A stretch of DNA of 16,039 nucleotides from Candidatus Methylomirabilia bacterium (GCA_041492755.1 JBGPXN010000099.1:1-16039), one strand, 5' to 3'; numbered from the stretch's first letter, positions 7,088 through 14,943 are shown. Numbers and translations are program-made. Notes: generated by a model from the letters alone, not told the origin.

Positions 7088-9159
7088 CGGCGGAGGGCGC
7101 GCCCCGCTCGGTGAACGCGGCCGTCGATCCCATCACGCTCGAGGTCGTCTGCGAAGGGCTCATCGCGATCGTTCGCGAGATGCGGGCCACCGTCATTCGC
7201 GCGTCGTATTCGCCGGTCATCTGGGACATGGACGATTTCTCGTGCGCGCTGTTCGATCCGCAGGGCCAGATGGTGGCGCAGTCGGAGGATCATCCCGGCC
7301 ACGTGCTGCCCATGCCGTGGTCGGTGCGCTGCGCGATGGAGGACTTCGAGGGCGATCTGCGGCCTGGCGACGTCATCCTTTTGAACGACTCGTACCGCGG
7401 TGGGACGCACCTGAACGACGTCACCATGCTCTACCCGCTCTTCGACGGCGGTGAGCTGATCATCTTCCCGGCCGTGCGCGCGCACTGGTCGGACGTGGGC
7501 GGCGGCGCGCCGGGCAGTTATTCCGGACTCAACACGAACATCTACCAGGAAGGCGTGCGCATCCCGCCCATCAAGATCGTCGAGGAGGGCAAGCTCAACC
7601 GGGCCGCCATGGCGCTGCTGCTGAACAACATGCGGCTGCCCGAGGACCGGCAGGGCGACTTCAACGCCTCGCTCGGCGCGTGCCGCGTGGCCGAGGCGCG
7701 CATCCGCAAGCTGCTGGCGAAGTATGGGCGCAAGACCGTGTTCGACTGCATCGCGCTGAACCTCGATCGCTCCGAGCGCCGTCTGCGCGCGCGCATCGCC
7801 ACGCTGCCGCCCGGCGAGTACGTCTACGAGGACTATCTGGAGTTCTATCAAGACGGTCGGTTCGATCCGGTCCTCATGCGCCTCACCCTCACCGTCCAGG
7901 GCGACGGGATCATCGCGGACTTCGCGGGCTCGAACCCCCAGGTGCCCGGCGTCGTCAACTCCACGCTGGCCACCACCGGCGCCGGTGTGCTGGTGGCCGT
8001 GAAGGCCGTGCTCGACCCGGACGGGCCGATCAACCACGGGACCTTCCGGCCGATCACGCTGAAGGCGCCCGAGGCCTCCATCGTCGACGTGAAGCTCGAC
8101 GCGCCCGCGGGCGCGCATGGCGAGGTCCGCAAGCGTGCGGTGTCGGTGATGCTCGGCGCGCTCGCCCAGGTCGTTCCCGACCTCGTGTGCGGCGATCTCT
8201 GTGGCACCTCGTTCCCGAACGCCATCGGCGGGCGCGACGAGCGGCGCCAGCGCGACTACGTCTACTACGAGGCGCCCACGGGCGGCAACGGCGCCGGGCG
8301 CGAGAACGACGGGGCCAGCGCCTGGGGGAACATCGACTTCGGCAACGTGCGGACCATCCAGTCGGCGGAGGCACTCGAGAGCGGGATGCCGTTGCGCGTG
8401 GATCGCAGCGAGCTGCGGCAGGACTCCGGGGGCGAGGGGACGACGCGCGGCGGTCTCGGCATTCGGCGCGACGTGCGGCTGGTCGATGGTGAGGCCCGCT
8501 ACTCGGTGCTGAGCGATCGGGCCGTCATTCCGCCATTCGGCATCGGCGGCGCCGGCGCCGCGGCGCCGGTGAAGGTCTCGTTGCAACGCGACGGCCAAGA
8601 CGTCGAGTTCTCGACGCCGGGCAAGGTCACGGGCTACGCGATCATCGCGGGCGACGTCATGGTCTTACAGTCCGCCGGCGGCGGAGGCTTCGGCGATCCG
8701 CTCGCGCGCGATCCCGAGCGGGTGCGACACGACGTGCGCGGGGGATACGTCTCCGCCGAGCGCGCCCGTCAGGGGTATGGCGTGGTGCTCACGCCGAGTG
8801 GCGAGGTCGACGGCGCGGCGACCGCGACCGAGCGGGCGCGCCTTGTGGCGGGACGCCGGCGCTTCGCGGTCGTGACCGACGAGCGCGACCCCTACGAGGG
8901 ACGCCGCGGTCGGCATCGGGTGCTGCGCATGACCCCGACGTTCGCGCGCGAGCTTGGTCTCGAGACGGGGGCGCTCGTCGAGCTGCACGGCCGGCATCCG
9001 GCGCCGCTGCGCGCCTGGGTTCGGATCGACGCCACCGCGGCCGATCAGGTCGGGCTCGATACGCTGGGTCGCCGGATCCTCGGCGTCGCCCCGGGGGACA
9101 CGGTGGAGATTCGTTCGCTGCCAATGCCGCCGATTCCCGGTGGGCTCGTCGATCGCTGA
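7084..9159 (+). CDS. hyuB: Hydantoinase B / oxoprolinase subunit (metal-binding) with an extra C-terminal domain of ~90 aa
   Basis: DPITLEV, DFSCALFD, GGTHLND, AHWSDVGG, EGVRIPP, DSGGEGTTRGGLG, AGGGGFGDPLARDPERV. Start overlaps the hyuA stop (GTGA). Symbol is family-level only. Confidence 0.95.
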   Translation: MTAEGAPRSVNAAVDPITLEVVCEGLIAIVREMRATVIRASYSPVIWDMDDFSCALFDPQGQMVAQSEDHPGHVLPMPWSVRCAMEDFEGDLRPGDVILLNDSYRGGTHLNDVTMLYPLFDGGELIIFPAVRAHWSDVGGGAPGSYSGLNTNIYQEGVRIPPIKIVEEGKLNRAAMALLLNNMRLPEDRQGDFNASLGACRVAEARIRKLLAKYGRKTVFDCIALNLDRSERRLRARIATLPPGEYVYEDYLEFYQDGRFDPVLMRLTLTVQGDGIIADFAGSNPQVPGVVNSTLATTGAGVLVAVKAVLDPDGPINHGTFRPITLKAPEASIVDVKLDAPAGAHGEVRKRAVSVMLGALAQVVPDLVCGDLCGTSFPNAIGGRDERRQRDYVYYEAPTGGNGAGRENDGASAWGNIDFGNVRTIQSAEALESGMPLRVDRSELRQDSGGEGTTRGGLGIRRDVRLVDGEARYSVLSDRAVIPPFGIGGAGAAAPVKVSLQRDGQDVEFSTPGKVTGYAIIAGDVMVLQSAGGGGFGDPLARDPERVRHDVRGGYVSAERARQGYGVVLTPSGEVDGAATATERARLVAGRRRFAVVTDERDPYEGRRGRHRVLRMTPTFARELGLETGALVELHGRHPAPLRAWVRIDATAADQVGLDTLGRRILGVAPGDTVEIRSLPMPPIPGGLVDR

Positions 9160-9180
9160 CCCCGGAACCGCTCACCGCCG

Positions 9181-9372
9181 GGACATGCTGTTGCGGCGGG
9201 TCTTCTCCGGCCGGAAGGTCAGGGAAGATCCAGGCGCTATCGGGCGGGCGATGGACTCTACGAACGGATCGGCTCGGCGCTCGGGGTGAAGGTCGACGTG
9301 GGAGGTGAGCCGGGCCGGGCGATTATCATCGGCGAGCTCGCCAAGCACGTTGCCGCGGAACGGACTGGATAA
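9181..9372 (+). pseudogene. Start-less gene remnant resembling a C-terminal winged-helix region (Fic-family / wHTH tail)
   Basis: Reads HAVAAGLLRPEGQGRSRRYRAGDGLYERIGSALGVKVDVGGEPGRAIIIGELAKHVAAERTG-TAA. The GLL..EGxGRSRRY segment resembles a wHTH wing. No start codon precedes it in frame after the hyuB stop. Confidence 0.45.
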
Positions 9373-9429
9373 TCGGCGGCGGTATGATGCGTCGGGCCGA
9401 CGCATGAGCCCGGCTGAGGAGGAACGAAG

Positions 9430-10236
9430 GTGGCGCTCGAGATACCAGATAGCTGGGGATTCACGGGCAAGGTGGCGCTCGTCACCGGCGGAGGGGCGGC
9501 CGGGGAAGGGATCGGTAACGGCCGGGCCGCGGCGATCCTGCTTGCCAAGGGAGGCGCGCGGGTCGTCGTGGTCGACCGCGATGGCGGGCTGGCCAAGCGC
9601 ACGGTGGAGATGATCGGCGAGGCGGGCGGCGAAGGCATGGCGCTCGAGGCCGACGTCACCCGCAACGCCGACTGTGCGGCCATGGTGAAGGCCGTGGTCG
9701 ATCGGTTCGGGCGTCTCGACTTCCTCGACAACAACGTCGGCATCGGCAGCCGCGGGAGCGTGGTGGACGAGAGCGAGGAGAACTGGCGCCGGGTCATGCA
9801 GGTCAACGTCGACAGCATGTTCCTGACGGCCAAGCACGCGATCCCGGCCATGCGGAAGGCCGGCGGCGGTGCCATCGTCAACGTGTCGTCGATCTCCGCA
9901 TTGCGCCCGCGCGGGCTCACCGCGTACTCGGTGTCCAAGGGCGCGGTGATCGCGCTGACCCAGGCGATGGCGGTGGACCACGGTCGCGAGGGCATCCGCG
10001 TGAACTGCGTGGCCCCGGGGCCGGTGTACACGCCGATGGTGTACGGGCGGGGGATGAGCGACGCCGTGCGTGAGCGCCGGAAGCAGGCGTCGCTGCTCGG
10101 GATCGAAGGGACCGGCTGGGACATCGGCCACGCCGTGCGCTTCCTGCTCTCCGACTACGCGCGCTACATCACCGGCCACGTCCTCGTGGTCGACGGCGGG
10201 ACGACCGTCACCGCGCCCGAGCGCGACTCGCGCTAG
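9430..10236 (+). CDS. Short-chain dehydrogenase/reductase (classical SDR)
   Basis: TGGGAAGEGIGNG Rossmann motif with insertion, LDNNVGI, NVSS, YSVSK catalytic motif, IRVNCVAPG, ITGHVLVVDGG. RBS GAGGAGG before the GTG. Confidence 0.95.
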   Translation: MALEIPDSWGFTGKVALVTGGGAAGEGIGNGRAAAILLAKGGARVVVVDRDGGLAKRTVEMIGEAGGEGMALEADVTRNADCAAMVKAVVDRFGRLDFLDNNVGIGSRGSVVDESEENWRRVMQVNVDSMFLTAKHAIPAMRKAGGGAIVNVSSISALRPRGLTAYSVSKGAVIALTQAMAVDHGREGIRVNCVAPGPVYTPMVYGRGMSDAVRERRKQASLLGIEGTGWDIGHAVRFLLSDYARYITGHVLVVDGGTTVTAPERDSR

Positions 10237-10338
10237 CCTGGACGATTCCTGAGCGCCCGGAGCGTGAGGCGGGCGGGGCTCGACCCTGCGCCACCCGCCC
10301 GGCTTCCCGCTCGTCGCTCAGGAATAGTCCAGGCTAGC
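10232..10338. mobile_element. MITE-like element: 24-bp terminal inverted repeats including CTAG ends; possible bidirectional terminator between convergent genes
   Basis: Left arm GCTAGCCTGGACGATTCCTGAGCG (10232-10255) pairs with right arm CGCTCAGGAATAGTCCAGGCTAGC (10315-10338) at 23 of 24 positions. CTAG at 10233-10236 and 10334-10337. Inner stems GAGCG/CGCTC and GGGCGGG/CCCGCCC. Confidence 0.6.
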
Positions 10339-10344
10339 CGGAGG

Positions 10345-10752
10345 CTAGCCGGCCGCTTTCTTTGCCCGCTCCGCCACCGGGAAGCCGGCGCTCTTCCAGG
10401 CCGTGAAGCCGCCGTCCATCTCGACGACGGGCTCGAGCCCCATCTGCTGGGCGACGTCGCACGCCAGCGCCGAGCGCCAGGCGCCGTTGCAGAAGAAGAC
10501 GAACTCCTTCCCGGAGGCGAAGACGTCCTTGTGATACGGGCTGTCCGGGTCGATCCAGAACTCGAGCATCCCGCGCGGGCAGTGGAAGGCCCCGGGGATC
10601 ACGCCCTCGCGCTCGAGCTCGCGGACGTCGCGCAGGTCGACGAAGACGACGTCGTTGCGCCCGTGGCGCGCGCGGGCCTCCTCGAGGCTGATCGTCTTGA
10701 TGCGCGACTTGGCCTCGTCCACCAGCTGGCGAAATCCCTTGCGGAGCTTCAT
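10345..10752 (-). CDS. Single-domain rhodanese (sulfurtransferase)
   Basis: VFVDLRDVRE, GVIPGAFHCPRGMLEFWID, active loop FCNGAWRS, MDGGFTAWKSAGFPV. RBS AGGAGG upstream. Confidence 0.93.
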   Translation of the reverse strand: MKLRKGFRQLVDEAKSRIKTISLEEARARHGRNDVVFVDLRDVRELEREGVIPGAFHCPRGMLEFWIDPDSPYHKDVFASGKEFVFFCNGAWRSALACDVAQQMGLEPVVEMDGGFTAWKSAGFPVAERAKKAAG

Positions 10753-10802
10753 GTCGGTCGATCCTCCTGTGGAGTGCCTGCCCTCCGCGGCATGGCGGTG
10801 GG

Positions 10803-11312
10803 CTACGCGCCGACCTGCTTCAGCATGCTGTCGGCGTCGCTGACCTCGAGCTTGCCGGCCTGCTCGACGTTGACCGCCTTGACCACGCCGTCGTCGACCA
10901 GCATCGAGAAGCGCTGGCAGCGCACGCCCATGCCGCGCTCGACGAGGTCGAGCTCCAGGCCGAGCGCCTTGGCGAACTTGGCGCTGCCGTCGGCCATCAT
11001 GCGAACCTTGCCGTCGCTCTTCTGGTCCTTACCCCACGCGCCCATGACGAAGGCGTCGTTCACGGCGATGCACCAGATCTCGTCCACGCCCTTGCCCTTG
11101 AGCTTGTCCGCGTTCTGCACGTAGCCGGGCAGGTGCTTGGCCGAGCACGTGGGGGTGAAGGCCCCGGGCACCCCGAAGATCGCGATGCGCTTGCCCTTGG
11201 CTTGCTCGCTCACCGTGAAGGCGTTGGGCCCGACGGTGCAACCCGGCCGCTCGGTGGCGATGAACTCGGTCAGGGTGCCGTCGGGAAGTCGGTCACCTGC
11301 TTTGATGGCCAT
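10803..11312 (-). CDS. Peroxiredoxin, Prx5-like subfamily (redoxin)
   Basis: MAIKAGDRLP start with AGGAGG RBS. PGAFTPTCSAKHLPGY carries the peroxidatic Cys, followed by AVNDAFVMGAWG, MMADGS and the conserved Arg in GVRCQRFSM. Confidence 0.95.
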   Translation of the reverse strand: MAIKAGDRLPDGTLTEFIATERPGCTVGPNAFTVSEQAKGKRIAIFGVPGAFTPTCSAKHLPGYVQNADKLKGKGVDEIWCIAVNDAFVMGAWGKDQKSDGKVRMMADGSAKFAKALGLELDLVERGMGVRCQRFSMLVDDGVVKAVNVEQAGKLEVSDADSMLKQVGA

Positions 11313-11390
11313 GGAATCCTCCTGCTCGTGGTGTGTGGGTGCGGCACAGATCGGCATCACCAGCCATCTCATCCGGTCGCGCCGGGTCGC

Positions 11391-12698
11391 TCATGGTACG
11401 AAGGGTACCCACGCGATGGGAACGCCGGCGTCGGACTGGCGCGCCTTCTCCGTCGCGGTGATCCCGCTGTCGCCCTCGGGCAGCAGGACGGAGGCCGGAC
11501 GCACGCGACAGAGGTTGGGATCGTCGACGTTCGGCGGCACCACGCCCTCGTCGCGCAGCGCCCGGGCGGCGTTGATGAGCAGCCGCCGGATCATGATCAC
11601 CATGGCGTCGGTCGTCCCGAGGTGCTCCTGGGTGCGGTCGTAGATCGGGCCCATCGTTTCCGTCATCGCCCGGTCTTGCAAGTTGCCCAGGAAGGGGATG
11701 CCGAGGTTCAGCTCTTTCTTTTGAAGCTCGTAGTCGAAGAGGTAGTCGTTGTGGAGATTCGCCTTGGTGTAGAAGCGCAGGCGCGGATCGCTCGTGGCCT
11801 CGACGTACCCGCCCCACGCCGCGAACGGATTCCGGACCTGCCGGCGCTCGTCCTCCGTCACCGGCCGATCCAGTCGCCCGCGGATCGCGAACTGCAACGT
11901 GTAGTGATCGTCCAGCGGCACCCACGCCCGCGCCTGCACGATGTTGGGATCGCTGGCGGCAATCATCGAGAACAGCGGCAGGATGAACTGGGTGATGCGG
12001 TGCCAGTAGAGCCCGTCGACGTCCCATTGGCGGCGGGCCGAGTAGCACGCGCCGTAGTCGGTCGGGAGGATCTCGAGTCGCGGCCGCTTGTCGCGATGCC
12101 AGGTGCCACGCTGCTTGCTGTCGGACCGGAGCTTGGCGTGCACGAAATCGATGTGCGACGAGTCGATGTCGCCCTCCAGCGCCTGCACCCAGTTGCACTC
12201 CTCCAGCATCATGAGGGGCGGGTAGACCTGCTCGGCGGGCAGCGTGTTGATCTCGAACGCCGGCAGCGCCGGCGGCACCTCGCGCGGGCCCATGTACGTC
12301 CAGATCACGCCGTTGACGTCGCGGCAGGGATAGGCGCGGGCGCGGATCTTGTCCTTGAAGGTGCTCTCCACCGGCTCGTTCGGCATGTCCACGCAGCGAC
12401 CGGTGACGTCGTACTTCCAGCCGTGGTACGCGCAGCGCAGCCCGCAGTCCTCGTTGCGGCCGAAGAAGAGCGCAGCCCCGCGATGCGGACAGTTGGCCGC
12501 GAGCAGCCCGACCTCACCGCGGGTGTCGCGGAACATCACCAGGTCTTCGCCGAGCAGGCGCACCTTCTTGGGCGGGCCGTCGGGTGCGGGCAGCTCGGTC
12601 GACGGCAACGCCGGCATCCAGTATTGGCGCAGGAGCTCGCCCATGGGCGTACCTCGCCCCACGCGACACAGCAGCTCGTTGTCTTCCCCCGAAAGCAT
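11391..12698 (-). CDS. Rieske non-heme iron oxygenase alpha subunit (phthalate 4,5-dioxygenase / LigX-like, alpha3 type)
   Basis: MLSxEDNELLCRVGxGTPMGELLRQYW N-terminus, Rieske CPHRG...CAYHGWKYD, mononuclear Fe motif NWVQALEGDIDSSHIDFVH, QDRAMTETMG and EHLGTTD. GGAGG RBS. Confidence 0.95.
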   Translation of the reverse strand: MLSGEDNELLCRVGRGTPMGELLRQYWMPALPSTELPAPDGPPKKVRLLGEDLVMFRDTRGEVGLLAANCPHRGAALFFGRNEDCGLRCAYHGWKYDVTGRCVDMPNEPVESTFKDKIRARAYPCRDVNGVIWTYMGPREVPPALPAFEINTLPAEQVYPPLMMLEECNWVQALEGDIDSSHIDFVHAKLRSDSKQRGTWHRDKRPRLEILPTDYGACYSARRQWDVDGLYWHRITQFILPLFSMIAASDPNIVQARAWVPLDDHYTLQFAIRGRLDRPVTEDERRQVRNPFAAWGGYVEATSDPRLRFYTKANLHNDYLFDYELQKKELNLGIPFLGNLQDRAMTETMGPIYDRTQEHLGTTDAMVIMIRRLLINAARALRDEGVVPPNVDDPNLCRVRPASVLLPEGDSGITATEKARQSDAGVPIAWVPFVP

Positions 12699-12750
12699 CG
12701 CGTGTCCTCCCGTGCGCGCGCGTCGTGGCGCGCCGAGTGTCTCGCTCGCT

Positions 12751-12870
12751 TCAGCGCTCCCGCCACGCCGCCTGCAAGCGGCCGCCGTAATCGTAGCCGA
12801 GATTCGGGCCGTCGTTCCCGGGCGTCACGTGGAGGTCGAAGTGCGGCGGATCCACGGGGTGACTCCTCAT
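12751..12870 (-). pseudogene. 39-codon ORF, probable internally deleted remnant of a family-5 (peptide/nickel) ABC substrate-binding protein
   Basis: MRSHPVDPPHFDLHVTPGNDGPNLGYDYGGRLQAAWRER. DPPHFDxH resembles the N-terminal motif, and GPNLGYDYGGRLxAAW the extreme C-terminus, of SBP_bac_5 proteins as I recall them. ATG overlaps the hydrolase stop (ATGA). Confidence 0.45.
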
Positions 12871-13748
12871 GCCGGCGGCGCCGTCGACGCCGGCCGGAGC
12901 GTGGCGAGATGACCGAGCAGTAGCTTGGTGACGTCCTCCGGGACTTGATCGGTGATGAAGTGGCCGACGCTGCGCAGCGCTTCGAAGCGGAACGGTCCGG
13001 TCACGAAGTCGGCGGTGTACTTCGCGGCCGCGCGGCCGACGGTCGCGTCGCGGTCGCCCCAGATGAAGAGCGTGGGCACGCTCACCGGGCCTAATTCCAT
13101 CTTCGCGAGGGCGCCAGCGGCCCGGTACCAGGCGAGCGCGGCGTCCAGCGCGCCGGGGGTGCCGAGGACGGACAGGTAGTCGGCGATCGTGGCCTGCGGC
13201 ACCTGCTGGTCGGCGAGGTTCTTCTTCAGACGGCGCGCGCCGTCCTCCAGGAGCAGTGCCGCGGTGCCCGGATCCAGGAACGATTTGTGGTGGCGGGAGC
13301 GATGGCGCTGGTCGTCGGCGTCCTGACGGAACGCCCTCCGGAAGGCGGCGGGGTGCGGCCGGGAGAGAACGGTGAGCGACGCCACGCGCTCCGGATGTTG
13401 CCCGGCCAGGAACCAGGCGACCTGGCCGCCCCAGTCGTGGCCGACGACGTGAAAGCGCTCCGCACCGCCGTGACCGAGCGCGCCGGCGATATCCAGGACG
13501 TCGGCCACGAGGCGGTCGATCCCGTAGGCGGCGAGGTCTTTCGCCGGGTCCGGCCGGACCCCGGGGGAATAGCCGCGCTGGTCCGGGGCGACGGCACGGT
13601 AGCCGGCCTGGGCAAGCGCCGGCACCTGGTGCCGCCAGGAGTGCCGCGACTGGGGGAAGCCGTGGAGGAGCAGCACGAGGGGGGCGCCGGGCGCGCCTGC
13701 CACCTCCGCCGTGAACTGTCCCTCGGGGGTGGCGATCGTCTCGGGCAT
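12867..13748 (-). CDS. Alpha/beta hydrolase, epoxide hydrolase-like (Asp nucleophile)
   Basis: LLLHGFPQ, APDQRGYS, VVGHDWGG nucleophile elbow, LAWYRA, PTLFIWGDRD and GHF catalytic His. Confidence 0.92.
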   Translation of the reverse strand: MPETIATPEGQFTAEVAGAPGAPLVLLLHGFPQSRHSWRHQVPALAQAGYRAVAPDQRGYSPGVRPDPAKDLAAYGIDRLVADVLDIAGALGHGGAERFHVVGHDWGGQVAWFLAGQHPERVASLTVLSRPHPAAFRRAFRQDADDQRHRSRHHKSFLDPGTAALLLEDGARRLKKNLADQQVPQATIADYLSVLGTPGALDAALAWYRAAGALAKMELGPVSVPTLFIWGDRDATVGRAAAKYTADFVTGPFRFEALRSVGHFITDQVPEDVTKLLLGHLATLRPASTAPPA

Positions 13749-13924
13749 GGCTGGTGTCCCGTCCGGCGCCGTGACGTGGTCGGCGCCTGACTGATGGATA
13801 CCACGAACGGAGTGCGGTGTTCATCCCTCCCGTCCGGCGGCCCTCGTCCCGCCGGATGCCCAGGCCCGTGTGGACGGCCGCGGCATCGTGTACATTTCAG
13901 GCGCACGATACGGGCCGACCCAAC

Positions 13925-13974
13925 CTGGTTCGCGACGGCGAGCGCCGGGCTGATTCGCGACGGCGAGCGCCAGG
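13925..13974 (+). repeat. 25-bp tandem duplication directly upstream of the dioxygenase RBS
   Basis: CTGGTTCGCGACGGCGAGCGCCGGG (13925-13949) and CTGATTCGCGACGGCGAGCGCCAGG (13950-13974) are identical at 23 of 25 positions. Confidence 0.85.
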
Positions 13975-13988
13975 GGGAGGATATGACG

Positions 13989-14936
13989 ATGGCACTGACC
14001 AAGGTGACGGATCTCGCATACGGACGGCTTCGGGCTCCCGACCTGGACGTGGCCGAAGAGTTCCTCACGCATTTCGGGATGGTGCGTTCGGCACGAACGA
14101 ACGGCGCGCTCTACATGCGCGGCACCGATTCCGCGCACCACATCCACGTCACCGAGAAAGGCGAGCCCGGGTTCGTGGGCCTGGCCTACTACGCGGCGAG
14201 CGCGGACGATCTCGCGCGGGTGGCGAAGGCGCCCGGCGCGTCGGAGGTCGAGACCATCGACGAGCCGGGCGGCGGCCGGCGGGTTCGGTTGCGTGAGCCG
14301 AACGGCTACCAGATCGAGGTGGTCTACGGCATCGAGCCGCTGAAGCCGATCGACGTGCCCCGCCAGCCGTTGAACATGGGCCTGGACTCGCTGAAGCGGG
14401 CGGGCGATCTGATGCGGCTACCGAAGGGCGCGGCGCGGGTGAAGCGCATCGGCCACGGAGTGATGGCCGTCCCGAACGTGAAGGGAACGGCCCAATGGTT
14501 CCGCGACACCCTGGGTTTCATCGGCTCCGACGACGTCTACGCCGGCACCGAGGACAACGTCATCGGCTCGTTCAACCGCTGCGACCGGGGGGACGAGTAC
14601 GTGGATCACCACGTCTTCTTCTGCATGCGCAACGACCGCGCGGGCCTGAACCACCTGTCGTTCGAGGTGCAGGACATCGACGACGTGTTCATGGGCCACG
14701 AGCATCTCAAGCAGGTCGGCAAGTACGAGCACTACTGGGGCATCGGCCGGCATCTGCTCGGCAGCCAGATCTACGACTACTGGGCCGATCCGTGGGATCG
14801 GGTGCACGAGCACTGGTCGGACACCGACCGCCTGAACGTCCGCAACGGCTCGAACCTGATCTCGGCCGAGCAGGGCCTGGTCTCGCAGTGGGGTGAGCGG
14901 CCGTCGGCGAGGTTCATCGGCCACGTGACGCCGTAG
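13989..14936 (+). CDS. VOC-family extradiol ring-cleavage dioxygenase, 2,4,5-trihydroxytoluene oxygenase (DntD)-like
   Basis: Two VOC modules. C-domain metal ligands in RIGHGV, LNHLSFEV and VHEHW. Family-typical segments RCDRGDEYVDHH and HYWGIGRHLLGSQIYDYWADPW. GGAGG lies 8 nt before ATG 13989 (alternative ATG 13983). Confidence 0.9.
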   Translation: MALTKVTDLAYGRLRAPDLDVAEEFLTHFGMVRSARTNGALYMRGTDSAHHIHVTEKGEPGFVGLAYYAASADDLARVAKAPGASEVETIDEPGGGRRVRLREPNGYQIEVVYGIEPLKPIDVPRQPLNMGLDSLKRAGDLMRLPKGAARVKRIGHGVMAVPNVKGTAQWFRDTLGFIGSDDVYAGTEDNVIGSFNRCDRGDEYVDHHVFFCMRNDRAGLNHLSFEVQDIDDVFMGHEHLKQVGKYEHYWGIGRHLLGSQIYDYWADPWDRVHEHWSDTDRLNVRNGSNLISAEQGLVSQWGERPSARFIGHVTP

Positions 14937-14943
14937 CGCAGGC

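Noticed and set aside
9157..9200. Selenocysteine recoding of the hyuB TGA
   Set aside because: The position follows a natural-looking C-terminus, is not a Cys-equivalent site, and I see no convincing bacterial SECIS hairpin.
12751..12870. RiPP precursor with the neighbouring hydrolase and Rieske enzyme as maturases
   Set aside because: No recognisable RiPP machinery or leader motif. The sequence is better explained as SBP remnants.
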